This document shows positions 39,265-49,600 of a stretch of DNA of 64,000 nucleotides, piece after piece. Location of the stretch: NCBI GenBank assembly GCA_043228905.1, contig JBHGNT010000009.1, positions 16,554,001 to 16,618,000 of the forward strand, written 5' to 3'. The notes under the pieces were generated by a model. It made no database searches. It was not told the DNA's origin and saw only the letters and a program-made list of their open reading frames with translations. The first letter of the stretch is position 1, and the number at the start of each line of letters is the position of its first letter. The stretch comes from Azolla caroliniana (taxonomy: Eukaryota; Plantae; Polypodiophyta). The position numbers and the translations under genes were made by a program.

Positions 39265-40707
39265 TTATGACACTATCCCCCCTTTAAAACGACGAGTTCC
39301 ACGAGTCGTTTTGGATTGAGGACCCGGTTTCTCGGGATATCGTCGATGGAAGTCTTCTTGAAGAGCACGAGCATTGGTCACATTCTCGATCGGTTCCCAA
39401 GTACGCTCGCTAGGACTATATCCTAGCCAATCGACTAGATAGTAGAGCTTGTTGCGAACAATCTTGGAATCGAGGATGGCAGCGACCTCATACTCAGGTC
39501 CATCTTCGAGCTCGATAGGAGGTGGTGGTTGTATAGTACGTCCTGGGATAGTGCTCTCGTGATAGGGTTCGAGGAGAGAACTATGAAACACCGGATGTAT
39601 CCGAAGCTGCGGAGGTAGCTCGAGACGAAAAGCGACATCATTAATCTTCCCGATAATACGGAAAGGACCTAATCGCCGATAATCCAACTTCTCACATGGG
39701 CGAGTAGTCTTGATGTGTCGTCGTAACAGCCACACCCGATCTCCAATGTTAAAACTGGATGGAAGTCGATGACGATCTGCGTAGTCCTTGTGTGATTGTT
39801 GAGCTTGCTGGAGTTGAGTAGATAAATCCGCTTGTATCTTGCGTAACCGCTCCAAACGATCCTCCGCGCAAGGATTTGTGGACACTTCTGGGGTTTCAAG
39901 GACACACCACCGGGGATGATATCCCGTATAAGCGTAGAATGGCGTGACTTTAGTCGATGCGTGGATAGCGTTATTATAGGCAAATTCGGCGAACTGAAGA
40001 ATATCTGCCCAGTCATTCTGATGATAGTTGAGAAAGCACCGCAGATACTGCTCCAGTGTTTGATTTGTTCGTTCGGCTTGACCGTCGGTTTGTGGGTGGT
40101 AGCCGGAGGAGAGGTTACAAGTGACCTTCAGCATTTTAAAAAGGTGCTTCCAGAATTTTGACACAAACTGGGGTCCACGATCGCTGATGATATTATCAGG
40201 GAGTCCATGATGCCGACATACTTCCCGCATGACAATTTCGGCGGTGTCTTCACTAGATATTTCTTTAGTACATGGTAAGAAATGAGCCATCTTCGTATAT
40301 CGATCCACCATTGTGAGAATCGCACTGAATCCCTTAGAGACTGGAAGATCTGTAATGAAGTCAAGAGCAATGGATTGCCATGGCTTGCTTGGAATTGGTA
40401 ATGGTTCTAATAAACCATATGGATGATGTCTTGGCATTTTCGCTCTGCAGCATGTATCGCAAGTCCGAACAAAATCTTCGACAAATTGTCGCATACGGGG
40501 CCACCAGAATGATCGTTGTACTAAATCTAATGTTTTAGTACTACCAAAATGTCCTGCTGTATATATGTCATGGCAGTTTTGTACTACTCGAAGGCGGCAA
40601 GAACCATTAGGAACATACAAAAGTTCTTTAAAGAAGAGTAATCCATCACAGTATTTGAATTGTACCTGGTGATTGTGATTGTGAACATGACGCTCGAGAT
40701 GGGTCAA
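39265..40707 (-). CDS. Chromovirus integrase plus chromodomain, separated from RNaseH by one frameshift near 40665
   Basis: HHCC finger (HD...GH...CDTC); DFIT, SDRG, ERTNQ; GPF/HPVFH; chromodomain EYEVAAILDS...YLVDWLGY...TWEP. Confidence 0.92.
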   Translation of the reverse strand: MTHLERHVHNHNHQVQFKYCDGLLFFKELLYVPNGSCRLRVVQNCHDIYTAGHFGSTKTLDLVQRSFWWPRMRQFVEDFVRTCDTCCRAKMPRHHPYGLLEPLPIPSKPWQSIALDFITDLPVSKGFSAILTMVDRYTKMAHFLPCTKEISSEDTAEIVMREVCRHHGLPDNIISDRGPQFVSKFWKHLFKMLKVTCNLSSGYHPQTDGQAERTNQTLEQYLRCFLNYHQNDWADILQFAEFAYNNAIHASTKVTPFYAYTGYHPRWCVLETPEVSTNPCAEDRLERLRKIQADLSTQLQQAQQSHKDYADRHRLPSSFNIGDRVWLLRRHIKTTRPCEKLDYRRLGPFRIIGKINDVAFRLELPPQLRIHPVFHSSLLEPYHESTIPGRTIQPPPPIELEDGPEYEVAAILDSKIVRNKLYYLVDWLGYSPSERTWEPIENVTNARALQEDFHRRYPEKPGPQSKTTRGTRRFKGGIVS

Positions 40708-42850
40708 TTTGTGCTAGTATAGCTTGGGCGAAAGCGTCAGTCTTCAAGTCCTCACGTATAGTATTGGTAATGTCGGAATCCACGGGCATGTCAAAGACCT
40801 GTGCTGCTTGCAGTCGTGCTGGACCCAAGATTACTTGCTTCTGGTTATCGAAAGCTGGCTCACCGGGACGTGGTGTTAGATACGAACGCCGTGATAATGC
40901 ATCTGCCTTCCCTTGGTGCTTCCCCGGACGATATGTAATTTTGAAGTCGAAGCGTGTGAGGAAGTGGGCCCACCGAGCTTGACGTCGATTCAGTACACGA
41001 GCATCTTGAAAGTAGGCAAGGTTCTTGTGGTCACTGAATACAGTGACCTGATGAGGAGATCCCTCCAGGAAATGCCTCCATTGCATAAAAGAATCAACTA
41101 TTGCTAATAGCTCTTTATCATGAATTTCGTAGTTGATTTCGGCGGCGTCAAACTTACGGGAGTGGAAAGCCACAGGATGTAGCTTCTCGTCGTTACCCTG
41201 TTGTGACAGAATGCTCCCCAATGCGAAATCCGATGCGTCAGCTTCAATAATGAATGGTTTTTCCGGATCCACATGACCTAAAATTGGAGCTGATGTAAAC
41301 GCCTTCTTAAGACTCTCGAAAGCCATGTCCGTCTCTTTAGACCAAATGAATGATTGTCCCTTCCTGGTGAGCTGTGTGAGAGGCAGCACAATTTTTGAGT
41401 AATTTTGTATGAACTTCCGGTAAAAATTTGCAAAGCCTAGGAAGCATTGCACATCCCGCACCGAACGCGGAGTGTGCCATTCTATCACCGTTTTGACCTT
41501 GGCTGGGTCCATAGATATGCCTTCTGAGGAGATGACATAGCCGAGAAACTCCACTTGGTTGCACCCGAAACTACATTTCTCTAACTTTGCATACAGACCA
41601 TGTTCTCGAAGTCGTTTTAGTACTAATAGTACATGAGAATCATGTTCTTCTTGGGTCTTTGAATAAACCAGTAGATCATCCAAATAGATGATCAAAAAAT
41701 CATCCAAGAGATCTCGAAATATATCATTCGCCATGTGCTGGAAGACTGCCGGCGCATTAGTGAGTCCGAACGGCATGACCGTATACTCGAAGTGCCCATA
41801 TCTGGTGCGAAACGCGGTCTTCCATTCATCTCCTAGTCGGATCCGTACGAGGTTATAGGCTCCTCGTAAGTCGATCTTCGTGAAGAACCTGGCACCGTTG
41901 ATCCGTTCTAAAAGACTTGAGATAAGGGGAAGAGCATACCTATTTTTTACTGTGACCTTATTCAAGCCACGGTAATCTACAACGAGTCGAAGCGAGCCAT
42001 CTTTTTTCTTGACGAAGAAAATGGGTGCGCCGGCTGGAGATTTCGAATGCCGAATGAAACCGTTCTCCAAATTCTCCTCTATATAGGCTCGAAGGACTTC
42101 TAGCTCGGTTGGTGACAAATTGTAGATCGGCCCCCATGGCGGCTCTTTTCCCGGTTGTAAGTCGATGGCGCAATCGTACGGCCGATGATGAGGAAGTGTG
42201 TTGGCTTGTACTTTATCGAACACATCAGCATACTGACGATACTTCTCGGGAAGTTGAACGGTGGACTCCTCTTTGGTGGTGCTGGAGGGTTGTACTGATA
42301 TTGCGAAGAGAAACATTTCCTCCTTGCGCCCTTCCTCACGCAATTGACGTAGCGAAATGGTTGCAACCTTCTGGGTAGATCCTTGGGTTTGTCGCAACCG
42401 GATTTCCCTTGTCCTCCAATCTATGTCTGGGTTATGTAACTCGAACCATGGTAATCCTAAAACTATGGGATGTTCTGGAATACTAATAATATTAAATGAT
42501 ACTACACATGTTAAGTTATCTAGGACAATATTAACGGGTTCCGACTCTTCTATGATATTACCAGAAGCAATGGGACGACCATCAATGACTACTACTGAGG
42601 CTGGACATGGGAGCTTTCTGAGAGATATCTGATGAGCTCGGGCAAAATTCCTATCCATGAAGCAAGAATTAGCTCCGGAATCTAGAAGGGCTAAGGTATG
42701 TACTGGAGGGGTACTTTTAGTACTAACTGCTACTTGGGCTACGAACACATCACTAATTTGCTTAGAGGGAATGGAACCACTAATGGGCTGCACAGATCTA
42801 GGGCTGTCCAACCAAACGGCTCCTATTTTGGCTGGACTTAGTCGTTTAAC
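40646..42850 (-). CDS. Chromovirus Pol: PR-RT-RNaseH, entered by a predicted -1 frameshift
   Basis: LLDSGA, YLDD, EADASD, DHKNL; the -1 frame is open from the slippery site at 42850-42844. Confidence 0.9.
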   Translation of the reverse strand, partial: VKRLSPAKIGAVWLDSPRSVQPISGSIPSKQISDVFVAQVAVSTKSTPPVHTLALLDSGANSCFMDRNFARAHQISLRKLPCPASVVVIDGRPIASGNIIEESEPVNIVLDNLTCVVSFNIISIPEHPIVLGLPWFELHNPDIDWRTREIRLRQTQGSTQKVATISLRQLREEGRKEEMFLFAISVQPSSTTKEESTVQLPEKYRQYADVFDKVQANTLPHHRPYDCAIDLQPGKEPPWGPIYNLSPTELEVLRAYIEENLENGFIRHSKSPAGAPIFFVKKKDGSLRLVVDYRGLNKVTVKNRYALPLISSLLERINGARFFTKIDLRGAYNLVRIRLGDEWKTAFRTRYGHFEYTVMPFGLTNAPAVFQHMANDIFRDLLDDFLIIYLDDLLVYSKTQEEHDSHVLLVLKRLREHGLYAKLEKCSFGCNQVEFLGYVISSEGISMDPAKVKTVIEWHTPRSVRDVQCFLGFANFYRKFIQNYSKIVLPLTQLTRKGQSFIWSKETDMAFESLKKAFTSAPILGHVDPEKPFIIEADASDFALGSILSQQGNDEKLHPVAFHSRKFDAAEINYEIHDKELLAIVDSFMQWRHFLEGSPHQVTVFSDHKNLAYFQDARVLNRRQARWAHFLTRFDFKITYRPGKHQGKADALSRRSYLTPRPGEPAFDNQKQVILGPARLQAAQVFDMPVDSDITNTIREDLKTDAFAQAILAQIDPSRASCSQSQSPGTIQIL

Positions 42851-44007
42851 TCTTCTACTAATTGGCTAAGGACATCAAATTTGTTTGCGAGATTCGGACT
42901 ATTAGTACTATTAGGACTATTATGACTATGAGGACTATCAGAGATTCCTACTGAAATAGACTCGGGTTTAGTATAGTCAGAACTAACAACGACTTGGTTT
43001 ACCTGCCTTCTTGGTCTATGGGGACAGTTTATCGCGATATGCCCTGGTCCACCGCAATAAAGGCATAATCGGTTTGTTCGGCGTCGTTGCTTTTCCTCCT
43101 CCGATAGCGGCCCACGACGACGTGTAGTGTCAATTTCCATTGGAGTTGGAGTACTTACTGGAGGCGCATTATGTGACTCCCTTTGAAAAGGTTTCGCTAC
43201 CACTGAGGCATAGGTAGGCTCGGATCTTGCCCTCGGCATCTGAAATTGTCGTTCCGAACGTCGCTCGAAGAGGCGGTTGTCACATCTGACCGCTCGACTG
43301 ATTGCTTCTGTTAATGATTTTGGCTCTTCAGGGAAAGTCAAGAGTAAATCCTTGACATCGTTGCGTAGACCATAGCGGAACTGCTCCATCAATGCTTGAT
43401 CATCCCAGGGGATATCGGCGGCGAGTAGGCGGAAATCTGCAGCATATGCGGAGGCTGGACGGTCACCTTGGCGTAATCGCCGGATTTTGTTGATTGCAGT
43501 CCTTATGCTGTCAGTATCTCCAAAACATGCTTTAAACTCACTTATGAATTCTTCAAAATTATTTAGTACTGGAGATTCCTTTTCTAGTAGCGGAGCGAAC
43601 CATGCTAATGCTGAGCCATTTAACAACGTGCCTACTAAACCCACTCGTGATGCATCGGTGGGATATCGGGACGGATGCATTTGAATAACTAACCGTACCT
43701 GGTTAAGAAACCCTCTAAACTGCGATCGCGTTCCATCGAACTTCATGGGAAGGCCAATCTTGGGTTCTTTATGAATCCCTTGTGCTCCGTGCCCTTGTTG
43801 TTGCATTGCTACGATGGTTGCTTCGAGTTGTTGCACGCGTAACGCAAGTTCCCCATGCTGTTGTTGCGTTTGCTGCTTTTCTAAGGAAATTTGCTGAAGA
43901 TCCCCCAACAAGCGTTGATTTTCTTGTTCCAAAGCATGAAACTTCTCTTTCAAGCATTGAAATTCCGAGAAAACGGATTGATACTCTTCAGCGCTAACGG
44001 TGGCCAT
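42838..44007 (-). CDS. Chromovirus Gag (389 aa)
   Basis: Coiled-coil N-terminus; PMKFDGTR, LRQGDRPASAY, PMEID; zinc knuckle CLYCGGPGHIAINC. Confidence 0.93.
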   Translation of the reverse strand: MATVSAEEYQSVFSEFQCLKEKFHALEQENQRLLGDLQQISLEKQQTQQQHGELALRVQQLEATIVAMQQQGHGAQGIHKEPKIGLPMKFDGTRSQFRGFLNQVRLVIQMHPSRYPTDASRVGLVGTLLNGSALAWFAPLLEKESPVLNNFEEFISEFKACFGDTDSIRTAINKIRRLRQGDRPASAYAADFRLLAADIPWDDQALMEQFRYGLRNDVKDLLLTFPEEPKSLTEAISRAVRCDNRLFERRSERQFQMPRARSEPTYASVVAKPFQRESHNAPPVSTPTPMEIDTTRRRGPLSEEEKQRRRTNRLCLYCGGPGHIAINCPHRPRRQVNQVVVSSDYTKPESISVGISDSPHSHNSPNSTNSPNLANKFDVLSQLVEELND

Positions 44008-44236
44008 GGGATGAAGGAAAAGGGAAATAAGAGACTAATAGGAAAGGAGGGAGACAGAAGGAAGAGGGAGAGAAAAGACCAGACAGGCACCCTAAATCGG
44101 TTCAAATTGTCAGGAACTCTATTAAGGCAGAGAAGGAATTAGTACTAAAAGAAGGATTAGTACTATTTTCGGGGAATAGTACTAAGACAGAGAAGGATTA
44201 GTACTATGAGAGGTGTCGAACTTTGAGAGAAGGAAT

Positions 44237-44290
<54 letters not shown>

Positions 44291-46464
44291 TGATGCGAAA
44301 GATATATGTATTATATGAAGGAAGATATACAACAGTAGTTAGAAGGCTTAAGACTGGCGTTGAACCGATTTGGTTCGAACTAATGCCTTGCGCCTCCTTT
44401 TATAGTGTCTTCAGGAATACTCCTGAAGTTTCTAGAATGTTCCAGAGAAATCTGGAATATACATCAATTTCCCAATAAAACCTAAATGAAAATAATATCC
44501 TTCAAATTACAATTCATAACCTAATGGTAAAGTCTCGACCCGTGTAACAAAAGGTTATGGGTTCGAGTCTAGTTATGACATATATACATGAAGATACTTG
44601 AAGAACTTTGCAAATCTATGCAACTTTGCAAATTTCTCAATCCATTGATCAAGTTATGTAAGTCACTTTATGGACTTAAACAAGCCGGTTGTATGTGGTA
44701 TCAACATCTTTCTCAATATCTTCTTTCACATGGATTTAAGAATGATGATATTTGTCCTTGTATATTTATCAAGCATTATCTCAAAGAATTTGGCATCATC
44801 GTTATTTATGTTGATGATGTCAATATTATAAGAACATCTAATGCTATTGAAGATGTTGTTGCTATGCTTAGCTGCCAATTTGAAATAAAAGACCTCGGTT
44901 TAGCTACATTCTGCTTGGGTCTTCAGATCGAGCACCTATCTAATGGAATTCATCTTCATCAAACCTCTGATATCCATAAAATATTAAAATGGTTTTCTAT
45001 GTATCAAGCTCATGTTATTAGAACTCCTATGGTAGTGTGCTCTCTGGATCCTTCTCGTGACCCATTTCGGCCAAGATTTTCTAACGAGTCAGCATTGGAA
45101 CCACAATATCCTTACATGGTTGTTGTTGGTGCACTTATGTACTTGGCCAATTTTACGCATTCGGACATTTCGTTCGCTATCAATTTGCTGGCTCGATATA
45201 GTCACGATCCTACTAGAAGACACTGGATTGGAATCAAGCAGATTTTCCGATATTTATGAGGCACTCAAGATATGGGTCTTTTCTTTACCAGCGATTCTAT
45301 GCACGGTCAATTGACCGGTTATTCTGACGTTGGGTTTTTATCTGACCCTCACGTTGGCAGATCACAAATAGGATATGTTTTCCTTGTTGGTGGCACAACG
45401 ATCTCTTGGCGATCAACAAAGCAAACATTGGCTTCAACATCTTCAAATCATGCTGAGATATTGGCATTACATGAAGCAAGCCAAGAATGCCTATGGTTAC
45501 AACGCTTAATTGGGCATATTGAAAGTTCTTGTGGTTTTATCGGCCCATCATTACCAACAGTTATCTATGAAGATAATTATGCTTGTATCAATCAATTCAA
45601 GAAAGGCTTTATTAAAGGTGATCGAATCAAACATATTTCTCCCAAGTTTTTCTTTACTCGTGAGCTTAATGATAATTATATCAACATACAACCTATTCAA
45701 TCAAGCAAGAACTTGGCGGATATTTTTACCAAAAGTTTACTTGCATCAAAACATTGGCTAAACATTCCTTCTCTTAGACTCAAAAGATTATCAGAGCTGA
45801 TGAGCTAAACCAATGATGATGAGATGAGGGGGAGTGTTATAAACTCATGCATAACATGAGTTATGCTATACTTATCTTAGTCTTAAACTCTAGTTAAGAA
45901 GACTTCATGATGTAAATAGTATGCATGCATCTCATCATCTTGTGAGTCATAAAACTTATGTATCTCAATCATATTGAAGATATAGAGATGAGCATAGCCT
46001 ATGAGCTCTATCTAGATATTGTATTGTGATCTTGATTAATATCTAATCACTCTTTGATCTTATTTAATTACTCTATTCTATAACAAGCACGAGATTTTTA
46101 ACGTGGAAACCCCAAAATTGGGAAAAACCATGGGACCCTCAGGGTACCAACAATTTGACTAGAATTGGAGTGTACAAGAGATACAATCTTTCTCTCTCTA
46201 GGTAACAATAGAGCAATATATAGAAATACCCAAAACTTCAAGGCACCAACCTTGGCATAGTCTTCGTCTCACTCAATGGACGAAATAGAAATAGTAAGAG
46301 AGGTACAAAACAATAGAACCTGATTTGCTGCTTAAAACAGAGTTCGTATAGCCGTCGATCCGCATTGATGAGACTCGAGTGCCACTACACCTGCGAGGTC
46401 TTCTTACACTGCATTGTTACCTTCTCTGTCTTGTCTCCGTCTCTGTCTCTTACTCATAGCGTGG

Positions 46465-46515
<51 letters not shown>

Positions 46516-46644
46516 ATGTATATGTTGAGAAATAGGTCCCTTCGGATGGGTCGAGCTCCACATGGGAGAGATGCGAGCCGGATCGAATGTCACCGATCCG
46601 GAATCAGATAGAGTTTGGATAGGTATCTGGGGATAGGACACATT

Positions 46645-49600
46645 TGTATATAGGTTTCAGTGTCACGCCTATTAGGGCCAGTTTTGTAAATAGCCGAAAC
46701 GTTATTGAAGATAAAGATAACTAGGGCAAAACTTTATTGAATGTTGTTCATTGTGAGTAGCTATAGCGCGTGCGAGGTTGTTGCCTCTGTTTTAGAAATG
46801 AGGGACAAATAAGTGCGGAAACGTATGCGAGGACCTGTTGGTTATGCTCAGCAAACAACACAGATGGAAGGCAAGAATATATAGACAGATAATAGACACA
46901 CACGGATGAAGTTTTAATGGAAGTTCTCTTTATTTCTGTTTTCTCTCTCACTTAGAGACTCGATGTACAAGATGATCAAGCGACTTCTTTACAATGTTAG
47001 TTTATCGCTTATATACTAAGCCCTAACTATGTGGACAAGTTCACACTAGGATACAAAGTGGAAGGAGTCAACCTTTTATGCCAACAAAATCCCCCGTAAA
47101 AGGACTATACTCTTTCCTACATGTATATGTGTTTGGGGTTATCTCCCCTGTAAACCTAGAATACAATATTAATCTAAATTTATGTTACAAGTCATTCAAC
47201 ATATAGTCGAGTCAACATAGGTGAGGTCCGTGTCAAGCCTAGCATGGCTCATTATCATGATTGATTCGGTCGACTCTTACCTTCTACTCCTCGTTCGGCT
47301 TTCTTCTGCTTGGTTGCTTGTCGTAGTCTGACCTTTGTTCTTAGTGCTCCGAAGCATTGATCTGGGCGTGGCTTTGTCAGGCAATCGGCAATGTTCACCT
47401 CGGGGTCGATCTTCCAAACTTCGAGTGTCTTCGCAATTATGAGCTCCCGGATGTGATGATACCGTACCTCAATGTGCTTCATCTTTGCGTGATAGACGAG
47501 ATTGTTAATGAGGTGAATTGCACTCTGTGAATTACAATAGATGACCTACGCTAGTCGGTTGATTCGGCTTGTAGATGAGAAGTTGGCAGACAGTCGGTGC
47601 TGCCAGATCGCTTCCTTCGCTACGTTCGATGCTGCTATGTACTCGGCCTCTGTGGTCAACAAGGCCGTGCACTCTTGAATCTTCGACCTCCATGATAACG
47701 CGCCACCACCATAGGTGATAATATATCCTGATGTTGACTTACTATTGTCCATATTTTCGGCATTTAGTCCGAGATAGTGCAACCTTCGACTTCGCCTGAG
47801 GTTGTCAAACCAAAAGTCAAATGTGTATCTTCGGTTCGTCTCAAGTACCTAAAGATGTGCTTGACGGCCTCTCAATGCTTCCGTCCTAGGTTTGACATGT
47901 ACTGGCTGACCACCACTATGGCATAGGCTAGATCGGGTCGAGTCGCCACCATTGCATACATGATACTTCCTACAGCCGATGCGTAGGGCATCTTTCCATT
48001 AAGCTCTCTCTCCTTGTCCGTTGAAGGGGAGTCTTTGTCCGATAGTCTGATCGACGTCGGGAGTGGTGTTGGTACTGGCTTCGCATTCTCCATGTTGAAG
48101 CATTTCAGCACCTTCCGGATATAGTCGGACTAGGAGAGTCAAAGTCTTTGTCGTCCAATTTCACTCAATCCTCATGCCCAGTATGTGACGGGCTTGTCCG
48201 AGTTCCTTCATCACAAACTTGTCGTAAAGGCTCCGATTAAGCTTTCCAATTTCTAAGTGATTGCTTCCTGCAATCAACATGTCGTCGACATATAGGATCA
48301 GATAAATCCTAGACTCGTCGACTAGTTGCCGAATGTACATACATGGGTCAATGTCTGATCGACGGTATCCAAGCTACCTGATGTAGGAGTTGAACTTCTG
48401 GTACCACATCCTCGGCGCTTGTTTCAATCCATAGAGGCTTTTCTTTAGTCAACATACGAGGTGACTTTCCTCCGCCGTCGCCATGAAGCCTGTCGGTTGA
48501 GATATGTAAATGTCTTCATCCAAATCTCTGTGTAGGAATGTTGTCTTTACGTCCATTTGCTCGAGCTCTAGATCATCTATCGCCACAACTCCTAGTAAGA
48601 GTCGGAGGGTGGTCATCTTCACTACTGGTGAGAATATCTCGTCGTAGTCGAACCCATGTTCTTGTTTGAACCCTTTTGCGACAAGCTGAGCAAGGTAGCG
48701 ATGTTCTTCCAGCTGGTAATTCAACCAACTCCCATGTCTGATTCTTGTGAATCGAGTTCATTTCGGATCTCATGGCTTGTAGCCATGTGTCAGCGTCCGG
48801 TGTGGCCATAGCTTCGTTGTATGTACTTGGTTCGCCTGCATTAGTGTAGTTTACATAGTCGAGGTCCGGTTGAAAAAACTCTATTGGCCTTCGAGCTCGT
48901 TCAAATCTCCTGGGTGCCGAAATAAGTGGTTCGGATCCTTCGATCTTCTTTGTTGGTTGATCGGCATTTGTTGACCCACTTGTTTCAGGAGTCTTGTTGG
49001 TTTATCTGCCCCTAAGTTGGGATTTCGGTGGTGTCACGTTGTCCTCCCCTATGGACTTTGTCGACTTAGCTCTGTTTCCAACTCGCATCTTGTTGATTTT
49101 GCTTTGTTCAACTCTTGTCAAATCAACTTTGTCTTTGATGGATTTGTCTTCGAGTTTGACAAGTGGACCTCCTACCAATTCGGAGTTGGTAGGTATGTTG
49201 TTGGCTTGTTTGAGGTCGATTGTTTGTCGAATCTCTGAGTCGGCCCGGTGGGTCAGTCCTCTATAACGTCTCTATCATCTTTGAAGGATACCATTTTACC
49301 AACTATTTTCTGGTGGTTCCGTTGAGAGAAGATAGAGTCTTCATTGAAGACTACATAACTGCTCCGGATTAGTTTCTAGTTCTCAGGGTCCCATAGCCGG
49401 TAACCGAAGTCCACATCGGTTCCATAACCGAGAAATGTGCATTTCGTCGCATGGGGTGCCAACTTGGTCCTTTTCTCCCTTGGGATGAACGCGTAGGCTT
49501 CGTATCCGAATACACGGAGCCTATTGTAGGTCAGCGGTTTGCCTAACCATAGTGCATGTGGCACTTCCACCCTGATTTCTTTCAACGGTGATAGATTTAC

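Larger units (their letters stand above)
38806..44580 (-). mobile_element. Young Ty3/gypsy chromovirus (Tcn1 or Tf1/sushi-like) inserted in the RT of element G
   Basis: LTRs 44108-44580 (5') and 38806-39272 (3'), apparently identical except 6 bp of GA microsatellite; TG...CA ends; TSD TATAT restores host LDKDIYMK; PPT aaaggggggatag. Confidence 0.97.
34795..46085 (+). mobile_element. Ty1/copia element G, Bianca lineage, defective
   Basis: 251-bp LTRs 34795-35045 and 45835-46085 (4 differences seen); TSD AGCAC; PBS cgttatcaacatga; Bianca-type motifs CTQGKL, IRMDNAVEF, KLGPQRRLGIYVG, STSSNHAEIL, IKGDRIKHISPKFF; stops and frameshifts. Confidence 0.92.
34744..46640 (-). mobile_element. Probable LTR remnant H, split by element G (34744-34794 and 46086 to about 46640)
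   Basis: Starts with TG at the break of the upstream RNaseH frame; carries ggtttccacgttaa / ggtttttccc motifs on the - strand like the LTR near 52020-52060; right end and TSD not found. Confidence 0.4.

Noticed and set aside
44510-44580. Calling the tRNA-like LTR cassettes true tRNA genes
   Set aside because: No proper anticodon stem or acceptor register, and the T-stem pairs poorly; reported only as tRNA-derived box modules
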